In this document: positions 55,601-64,000 of the stretch, piece after piece
Layout of the letters: each line of letters opens with the position of its first letter
Numbering within the stretch: the first letter of the stretch is position 1
Assembly: GCA_043228905.1 (NCBI GenBank)
Contig: JBHGNT010000001.1
Span: 30,938,001 to 31,002,000, forward strand
DNA length: 64,000 nt
Reading direction: 5' to 3'
From: Azolla caroliniana
Taxonomy: Eukaryota > Plantae > Polypodiophyta
Translations under genes and position numbers: made by a program
Notes under the pieces: generated by a model
Database searches by the model: none
Seen by the model: only the letters and a program-made list of their open reading frames with translations
What the model was told of the DNA's origin: nothing

Positions 55601-56250
55601 TGTCACCAAGACAATAACTTCCCATTTGGATTTGAAATAAGCAATATTATCTTCTGGATTGGCAAAAGGTTGATCTTTATCCAAACAAGTATAAAAGCTA
55701 GAATCTTGATGAGGAATGTAACATCCAACTTTAAAAGTGGGCAAATCATTAGGTGTTTCTATTTTGAGCCATATGTAGCATTTATGTTCATCATTTTTTA
55801 TGATTGAATTTCTTTCTTAATCAAACATGCCACCCCTCATTGTCCTCTTCTTTGTCTTGGATTTTTCTTCCATATCAAAGAGTGTACATTATAGTTTCCT
55901 AAACCTAGAATCCTTTTGAGTATCATGCTCCCATGTTTCAACAAGAAGTGTGATATCCGACTCATCGGTGAACTCTATGCCAAGAGAAGGTGCTTATGTA
56001 GTCACCTTCTCTCTATATTCTTTCTTAATCAAACATGCCACCCCTCATTGTCCTCTTCTTTGTCTTGGATTTTTCTTCCATATCAAAGAGAGTACATTAT
56101 AGTTTCCTAAACCTAGAATCCTTTGAGTATCATGCTCCCATGTTTCAACAAGAAGTGTGATATCCGACTCATCGGTGAACTCTATGCCAAGAGAAGGTGC
56201 TTATGTAGTCACCTTCTCTCTATATTCTCTTACAACAACCACATCTTGGG
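52681..56250 (-). mobile_element. Degenerate RTE/RTE-X-like LINE (APE endonuclease, RT, C-terminal Cys/His region)
   Basis: APE motifs DITLLVETW, LGDMNA and SDHRPL; RT motifs FLDFKKAFDMVPRE and ESFKYLG; C-terminal SSHALRCETGRW...CTLCP...HTLIQC; many frameshifts. Confidence 0.88.
55810..56230. repeat. ~209-bp near-perfect tandem duplication within the LINE endonuclease region
   Basis: tctttcttaatcaaacatgccacccctc...gtcaccttctctctatattc at ~55811-56020 and again at ~56019-56229. Confidence 0.92.
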
Positions 56251-56282
56251 AAGGAGGTGGAGACTTAACTACCTAGTAACTA

Positions 56283-57829
56283 TGTGTCATAGGTCTTAAC
56301 TTCTATAAAATATTTAGTTATAATACAAAGTGGTGGGATGTTTACACACTTGGCTATTCCGAAGGCGTGTTCCCACACTAAGGAAGTTGAGTTTGATTCT
56401 CAACACGCCCCTCTAAACACAACTTCTGGTCGCTTGAGAGTCGGCTTGGTGATTGGTATCCAGGTCAGTTTAGGTAGTTGGCCCCGACTTCGGTTGTGGA
56501 TAACCGACTTACTTTGCTCTGTTCAACTCCGTGTCGAATGCTAGTGTCTTACTCCCCCCCGAGTTTGGTTGGTTGGCGGTCAAAAGTTTGAGGTCTGTCA
56601 TGAACTGTCGTAGCTTGTCAGCTCCCAGGGCCTTCGTGAAGATGTCGACCATTAGTAGATTGGTGTTGATGTGTTGCAGGTCGACATCTCTGGCCACAAC
56701 ATGTTCTCGTATAAAATGGTAGTGCACCTCGATGTGTGTAGTCCGAGCATGAAAAACTGGGTTGCAAGCTAGGTGAATAACGCTCATATTGTCGCAATAT
56801 AGGAGAATAAGATCCGTGATGAGAACGCCCACATCCTTCAAGATTCTTTTCAGCCAAACGACTTCATATGCGGCGATGGCTGCGCCCATGTATTCAATTT
56901 CTGTGCCCGACAATGCGACTGTCGGTTGCTTCTTGCTGCTCCAAGATATGGCTCCGCTACTGAGGGAGAAGACAAATCCTGATGTTGATCGTCTATTGGC
57001 TTTATAGCTGGCCCAGTCGGCAGTTGTGTACCCTTCGATTCGAATAGGTGTGGTCTATTTGTAGAGGATGCCATAATCCATGGTTCCACTTACATACCTG
57101 AGTACTCGCTTAGCACAATCGAGATGAATGTCGCACAATGTTTGCATGAACGGGCTAAGGAGGCCGACCGAATAACTGAGGTTGGGTTGGGTAATGGTGA
57201 GGTAGATCAGGCTCCCGACTAACTATCGATAGTGAGTCGGCTCACACTCTTTTGTGCCAGAGTCGACATCTAGTTTCAGATTTCAATCGAGAGGGGTTGC
57301 AATGGGCTTACACTGTGTCATCCCAAACTTAAAGAGCAGATTGAGGATATAGTGTCGTTGGGAGATCATGATGTTGTCAGGAGTCTAAATTACTTCTATT
57401 CCTAGAAAGTAATGCAGATCCATCACGTCCGTCATTTTGAATCGACCTGAGAGAAGCTTTTTGATATGATCTATATCTGCTAAGTCTTCTCCTCCAATGA
57501 CCAAGTCATCCACACATATTATTATAAATCATTGTCGTATGGAGTCACTTCGGATGAACAAGGAATTGTCAAACTTGGACATTTTGAAGCAAATTTGGTG
57601 AAGATATTGGGTTATCTTCGAATGCCATGTTCTAGGTGCTTGTTTGAGGCCGTAGAGAGGCTTTTTGAGTCGGCATATCGCTTGCGGGTGTGTGCTCGAC
57701 TTGAAGCCGAGTGGTTGTATCATATACACCTCCTCATCTAATTCTCCTTGAAGAAAAGTGTTCTTGACGTCCATTTGGTGGAGGTGCCACGCCTTGGCTG
57801 TTGCAAGTAGGATCACGGTTTGAATGGTT
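56283..57829 (-). mobile_element. Copia-1: degenerate Ty1/copia 3' part (RT, RNase H, PPT, short or truncated 3' LTR)
   Basis: HQMDVKNTFLQG, LYGLKQAPR, YCDNMS, HIEVHYHFIRE, DIFTKAL with stops and frameshifts. PPT-like AGAGGGGCG followed by TGTTGAG at 56405. The left LTR boundary is uncertain. Confidence 0.88.
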
Positions 57830-58105
57830 TGACGGGAACCCAACGTTCCTTATGCGCAAGGCTCGGCCACAACCGAGCTTAGAATGATACACAGAAAACG
57901 GGAAATAAAGCGCGACACAAAGAAGGAGAGAATACACAGGAGGTTTACATGGAAAACCCCAAATTAGGGGAAAAACCACGGCAGCCCACAGGCTGCAAAC
58001 TGTCACTATGTAAGAATGTACAAAACAGTGAGTTCACGGAGGCAACGACCTCGGACTCATGAATCTTCGCCATAGGCGGCGGTTACAACAGAGGCAACGA
58101 CCTCT

Positions 58106-58137
<32 letters not shown>

Positions 58138-58497
58138 GTACAGTTACGCACACTAATCTCGTGCAAAGCAGAAAAATGACAACAACAACAACAACAATTC
58201 CTAAAAGTTTGCCCTAAGTCATATTTACAAATATGACTTAGGGCAAATGTAGCCTCGATGGGCTCTCAGAAACATATTTACGAATATGTCTCTTCATCCG
58301 GTTCATACCGGGCCTGCACCATCCGGCTCTCCGTAGCCTGGTACTCCTCATCCGGTTCACACCGGGCCTGCACCATCCGGCTCTCCGTAGCCGGGTACTC
58401 CTCATCCGGTTTTGGCCTCGGCCTATCGGCCTCGGCTGAGTTTGTTCATCGGCACTGTTCTTCTTCCTTCCCATCCGGAGGGACCTGTCTCCCAACA
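57830..58497 (-). repeat. 3' LTR of Copia-2 (~668 bp)
   Basis: Begins TGTTGGG at 58497 directly after PPT GAAGGGGGAG; ends ...CCCGTCA at 57830 where Copia-1 RT resumes (TIQTVILLA). Contains 54-bp tandem repeats at 58294-58411. Confidence 0.75.
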
Positions 58498-58507
58498 AAC
58501 TCCCCCT

Positions 58508-59059
58508 TCACTCCGGCATGGGGTGTCTTACCAGCCCAATCTTCTTCCGACATGCGTTCAGCTTGTCGGGTGTCAACGCTTTGGTCAGCATATCTGACCC
58601 GTTCTCGGTCGTGTGGATCTTCGTCAGTGCGAACTCCTGGTCATCTACTCTTTCCCGGATCCAGTGATACCTCCACTGGATATGCTTCGTCCGGGAATGG
58701 TAGGCCGCATTCTTAGCAAGGTGGATGGCACTTTGACTGTCGCAATAGAGTCGGTATTCCTCTTGCCGTATACCGAGCTCTCCGATGAAGTCCTTCATCC
58801 ATAAAATTTCCTTGCCGGCTTCCACAACTGCCATGTACTCCGCCTCCGTGGTTGACAATGCAACCGTCTTCTGCAGCCTCGACTGCCACGAAACACCTCC
58901 CCCTGCATATGTCATTACATACCCAGATGTAGACTGGTTGGTATCCACATCAGTCGACATGTCCGAATCGGTGAAACCGTCCAGTTGAGGTTTTCCGGAG
59001 CCGAATCGGAGACACATATTTGAAGTGCCCTTCAAATACCGGAGTATCCATTTGACCGC
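58508..59059 (-). mobile_element. Copia-2 (Tnt1/Tork-like) RT C-terminus and RNase H, intact reading frame
   Basis: AVKWILRYLKG, GFTDSD, VALSTTEAEY, YCDSQSAIHL, ENGSDMLTK, stop codon adjacent to the PPT. Confidence 0.92.
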
Positions 59060-59125
59060 TGTCGAGGTATTCCTCGCGGATGCGTGGAGTGAGGTGGGAC
59101 CTCGGGGGTCCTGTATCGAAGAGTA

Positions 59126-59174
<49 letters not shown>

Positions 59175-59727
59175 CACTACGTGCGAGCGTAGATTCACAA
59201 GGACACGGCCCTTCGACGCAAAGACGCGAGTGGGACAGCGACACAGAAAGACACGAAAGTATGTATGTATTGACAAGACAAACAACAAGAACACGAAGAC
59301 AACAAAACACGAAGTCGGTTACAACCGAACAGGCCGGCGAACAGATGCCGATACCTGTTCGTAAACGCACAGAGGGGAATGAGTAGGTTGGAGGTGTTGC
59401 CGGAAGCACTTGGGCATTCCTCAGAGCAGCGCGGGCCTCCCGAAACCTGCACAGAAGGAAGCTATGGCGTTTGCAACCAGAAAGAGAGAGAGAGAGAGAA
59501 GCCTTCGCACGCAAACCGACAGCACTTCGTCCTCGACTCTCCGCGATCCCTCGCCCCTCCTCGTCTCCCTCCTTTTATAGGCAAGGAAGGAGCCGTTTCC
59601 CCTTTACTTCCCCACCTACCGAATCTGCCTGCATAGGATCTCCTATGTACAAGGCGCACGTGCATGAAGAGTCGGTTCCTACGCTCCGGTACACCGATTC
59701 CGCTTGTGGACGGTTTTCTTCACGACA
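59060..59727 (-). repeat. 3' LTR of the gypsy element (~668 bp)
   Basis: TGTCG...CGACA termini (59727 and 59060), preceded by PPT GGTGGGGGCGGA; TATA-like CCTATAAAAGG near 59575; internal (CT)n. Confidence 0.85.
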
Positions 59728-59800
59728 TCCGCCCCCACCTAACAGCGCATCCACCGGCATGCGCCAAATTGTGTTGGGACAGAGAAAACCGGTCCAGCCT

Positions 59801-62800
59801 TCATCCTCCGCCCGTCGGTTCTTCCTCGGTTTCGGATCGCTCGTCGTCGCGGTCCAAGTCAACCGGATCCGGCTCGTCGTCGTGACGCTTCTTGAACGTC
59901 TTGATCCGCTTCCCAGCTACCGGTATCGCCATTCTCGTACCGTCGACTTCCGCCAGATGGTACGTCCCGTTGTCGTTGGCGCTTTGTACCACGTAAGACC
60001 CGAACCACCTTCTTGCGAACTTCCGTGTCGCTCGGTGCTGGTTGTCGAGGCTGCTGTCGTAGACTAGCACCTAGTCGCCTTCCTCGATCTTCTTCGGTCG
60101 GAGCCGGTGCGTCTGGTCGAACCGGGCTTTGTTCCTCGTCCTGGCCACCCGAAGCTTTTCCGCAGCCTGCTCCACGTCCTCCGGTCTCCGCTCGAGTTGT
60201 CGTATGCGCGCCGTCAACAGTTCCTCCCGGCTCATCTCGTCTCTCCAGTCCACGGTTGCCCATGAGGAGACCATACGTTCGATCGGCATGATCGGCTTCT
60301 GTCCAAACATGAGCTCTGCCGGCATGAATCCGGTTACCGAACTGTGCGTAGTCCGGTCAGCCCACAACGCGTAAGGCAGTAGCCGCGGCCAGTTCCCGAC
60401 TTGACCTCCGCATGCCCGAACTAACGCCTTGACGATCGGTCCGTGTCCGCGCTCCACCTTCCCATTTGCCTCTGGATTGTACGCAGTGGTAAGCGAGACC
60501 TTGACCCCTAACCGGTCGAACAGCTCCTCGGCCTCTTCGGCGTCCAACTCCCCGCGATCAGCCACGATCTTCCCGATGCACTCGTACTGGCATATTACGT
60601 CCTTGAGCAGGAACCGACATACGGCCGCAGTCGTTTTGTTCTGAAGGGCCCGGCCTTCCACCTGGTTCGTTAGATCTTCCCGAGCCAGGACCAGATACCG
60701 CATCTGTCCTACTCCTATCGGCATCGTTACCAGGTCTACCATCCATTTGAAGTGGATGGTCGGAGGGTACGTAGGGTGAAGTTCGTCCCGGTGTCGGACT
60801 ATGGAGTGCATCTGACAGCTCTCGCAAGTTGTCACGAATCGATGCACGTCCCAGTACAGTCCCGGCCACCAGTACTTCCCCTTTATCTTCTCGAACGTGG
60901 CCCAGGTTCCATGGTGTCCGGCCCAAGGGCTGTCGTGGTAGGCCTTCAGCAGCTCCTCCTGTTCTTCCTTCATCGCCACCACCCGGAGCGGAGCGCCGTC
61001 CCTCTTCTTCGGGTGCTTCCATAAGTATCCGTCCCGGAGAAAGAATTGGTAAGCTTTCTTCCGGATCCGGTTGGCCTCGTCCTTCGTCCATGACGCATCC
61101 GGCGTCATTGTCCTCAAGAATCCACCGATCTGGAGCCACTCGCCGTCGTACTTGCTCTCGTCGAAGTCGTTAAGTGCCGGAGTGCTCGTCCCATCGGTCG
61201 TCACGTACGCCGCCTCGAAGAAGTCCACGCCGACTTCTTCGTCCTCCGAAACCATGCCGCCCTCGTCATCAAACCTCGCCCTCGAAAGCATGTCGGCCAT
61301 GGCGTTGTCCTTTCCGGAAATGTGTCGTATCTCCGGGTCCAGGGACTTGATGTACGTTATCCACCTGAGCATCGCCAGGTCCGGTGTCGCGCATCCGGAA
61401 ACCATGCCGAGAATCGGCAGGCAATCCGTCTCGATAATCACTTCTGTCCCGATCAGGTAGTCTTTGTCCGCCTTTACCGCCGAAACGATACCCCAGAGTT
61501 CGCGTTTAACCTGGGCGTACCCTCGCTGTCGCTCACTGAGGACCTTAGCGCCGAATCGGATCGGGAACCGGGTGCCGTTCTCGTCTTCTTGGTTGACGAC
61601 CCATCCGATCCCGGTCGGGCTCGTATCCACCGTTATGTATACCGGGGTACCCTTCTCGTAGACAGCCTTCCGGAGCGCCGGTGCTGCCGTAAGAGCTTCC
61701 TTCAGCTTCCGGACCGACCCCGTGTGCTCGTCTCGCCACTCGAATCTTTGCCCCTTCTTCAACAACCCGTATAGTGGCTCCGCAACGTGGGCGTAATCCG
61801 GGATCCATATGTGGTAGAACGCGCATGCCCCCAGGAACCTCTGAACTTCCGTAACCGAGCTACAGTCGGTCTTCATCGCGGAGATGGCTTCTACCTTTGC
61901 CGGAGACGGCTTCAAGCCATATGGTCCACATAGATGCCCGACCACCAGGATTTCTGATTGCCCGAAGGCCGATTTCTCCCCGGAGAAGGTGAGCCTCGCA
62001 TCCTCTAGCCTTTGTAGCACCTTCTCGCAGTCGTCGATGTGTGTTGCTACGAATCGCCGGCATCCGTCCGGCCCGAGTGTCTCGTCCTTCTCTTCCACCG
62101 GGCACCCCTTTATGGGGATGTCGTCTAGAAACGGCATGGTGATGTCCGGGATGCAATCCCTCAGTACTTTGTTCATTGCATTCACCATGTGGGCCACCGA
62201 GTTGGTCCCTCCTTGTGGCAGGGTACACATTCGCACTAGGCCGAGGGGAGTTCGCATCGTCATAATGTCTCTGCTCTCCACGGCTAGCTGGAACTGGTCG
62301 TACCCCGAGTACAGATCACCGACCGAGTAAATCGACCTTCCGGCGAAGGCCTCCGCGAACTCGTCTATGGTCGGTCCGATTCCTACGTTCCGGATGGTCA
62401 CTCTGTTGACCGGCTGCAGGTCCTGAATGAAGCGCAATGTTCCGTTTTTCTTTGGTACGGTAAACCATCGGTTCGAGTATGGCGCGCTCGACGGTTCGAG
62501 AATACCCATATCGACTTTCTGCCTCAATAGCTCCATCAACTTCGGGATGTGAGCTCTCGGTACTGGAATCGGCTTGAGATTCCACGGTACATGCGGTATC
62601 GTGAATATCACCATCGGCTCCACGATCGTCGGGTCTACGCACCCGATCTCTTCCGGTGAGAATGCAAAGGCTTTCCCGTGCCTTCCGAGCATTCTCCGAA
62701 ACCGGTCTTCTTCCGCCGGCAGTAGGAACCCGCCCCCACCGATTTTGAGCTCCCGGAGTGTTCCGTCGGTGAAGGTGTGTCCTATGCAGGCCGGATCTCG

Positions 62801-63274
62801 TAAACTGGGGTCCGACGCAACCCCTCTGATCCGGGACTCGCTGCCCTCCGGTAAGGGTGCCGCGACTGGCCTTACCTTCCGGTCCACAACCTTGTACTTT
62901 GTGCTAACTCGGGCCGTCCGATCCGACCCGAGCCCCCGACTGAAGTTCGTGATGACTTCGTACATCTCTTCGGAACATACCGGTATCGTCCGGTCTTCGT
63001 TAAGGTCTTCTCCGGCTACCTTCCTCAGCATTCCCAAGGTGTCATCGAAGGAGACCGCCTCCACGGCTCCGCTGATTTCCTCGTCCGGGCCGAGAACTCC
63101 GCACGCTCGAAGTCGCACTTCCGCCCTTGTCTTTTCTCGGCCGACGGTGCCGACTATCATACACCCTCCATTGTCGGAGAAGCAAAATCCTCTACCTATC
63201 GTACAGTCGTGGGGTCTTTTCTGAGTGTCCGGGCTGTCTCGGCCCCACGCCTTGGTAGCCCTCTCTAAAAATCC
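59801..63274 (-). mobile_element. Ty3/gypsy pol ORF (RT, RNase H, integrase) in the -1 frame relative to gag-protease; one in-frame TAG at 60071-60073
   Basis: RT DLYSGYDQ, LPQGGTNS, PFLDDI; RNase H TVDTSP, ETDC; integrase HHCC zinc finger (H-DSPWAG-H...CESC), VDL, ADRG, NGKVER. The frame is open upstream of Met 63160 to the slippery site. Confidence 0.93.
63208..63274 (-). promoter_or_regulatory. Candidate programmed -1 ribosomal frameshift signal (slippery heptamer plus pseudoknot)
   Basis: G GAT TTT (63274-63268), then TAG; 6-nt spacer; stem 1 GGGCT/AGCCC; stem 2 CGTGGGG/CCCCACG. Confidence 0.7.
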
Positions 63275-64000
63275 TCCCGGCTCTCGCCACCGAGGGATTC
63301 GCGGTTTCTCTCGTGGTTCGGCCGCACCGTCAGAAATTGCACCGAATGGCGCCCGTCCTGGCTTTTGACCCTCGCGTAGGCCGAACCGTTGTCCAACACC
63401 TTGGTCTCCATTCTCGCCGCCGTGATGTATGGTTCCCCTAATATGACCGGATGCGAGGACGTCTCCTGCACGAAGAAGTGCTGGTCAATCTCGACGTCGC
63501 CGATCTTTACTCGCACATTCGGGCAGGCCCCGTGCAGTTCCTCGGTGGCGCGCGTCGCCGCCCGTATCTTCCACCCGTGCCTGGTGTTGATCGGCCATTT
63601 TCCCTTCTTATAGAAGTCCATGGACATTAGGTTTATTTCCGAACCGTGGTCCACCAACGCCACCACCGGTTCCTGAACACCTCCGATTTTTACCGGGGTC
63701 TTCGTGGTCGCTCGGGCCCAGTGCGGCCTTGAATAGTGGCTCTCCGCCCACTCATCTTCCAGCGCCGAGTCGTCGATGTGCGTCGTCCGCACTTCCACTG
63801 GTCTTTCCGGTTCCGTCTCCATCGACAGTCTCTTCCGTTTCACCAAGTCTACAATGGAGTCGTGGAACTCCTTCTTGGCGATCCCTAGCACCTCCCGTAA
63901 TGACAGCTCCACTTTGCTGTCGAGGATCCGTTCTTCTTGGACCTTTCGTAGGTCCGTAGTCCTTTCTATTTCTGTCCCCAGTCGGTACCCGCCCTTCCTG
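63265..64000 (-). mobile_element. Ty3/gypsy gag-protease ORF (3' part; runs off the window edge)
   Basis: Aspartic protease motif ALVDHGSEINLM and ILGEPY; frame is open to position 64000. Confidence 0.88.

Noticed and set aside
57830-59727. Both 3' LTRs measure ~668 bp
   Set aside because: The sequences are unrelated (different termini, PPTs and internal repeats), so this is treated as coincidence
59032-63959. Many overlapping alternative-frame and antisense ORFs in the gypsy region
   Set aside because: Expected by-product of high GC and codon bias in pol; no recognisable domains

Overview
Eukaryotic land-plant nuclear DNA with AT-rich introns and many (GA)n, (TA)n and (TATG)n tracts. A seed-free plant such as a fern is a plausible source, but that is inference only. 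About 1-52 kb is a gene-dense block of seven intact-looking genes: an intronless ATL-type RING-H2 E3 ligase (+), CURT1 (-), an MSL2/3-type MscS-like channel (-), an ABC1K9-like atypical kinase (+), an XB3/XBAT31-like ankyrin-RING E3 ligase (+), a GH28 polygalacturonase with an unusual Gly/Asp/Tyr repeat insert (+) and SEC63/ERdj2 (-). LINE fragments, two small TIR elements and a tRNA-like SINE head lie between and within these genes. About 52.6-64 kb is a stack of retroelements, all on the minus strand: an RTE-like LINE, Copia-1, Copia-2 inserted into Copia-1, and a young Ty3/gypsy inserted into Copia-2. The most notable signals are a candidate programmed -1 frameshift cassette (G GAU UUU UAG, 6-nt spacer, pseudoknot) between protease and RT in the gypsy element, the DY-rich repeat prodomain of the polygalacturonase, two GC-AG introns, and telomere-type repeats abutting the ATL start codon. 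Exon models were read by eye and no database searches were run.
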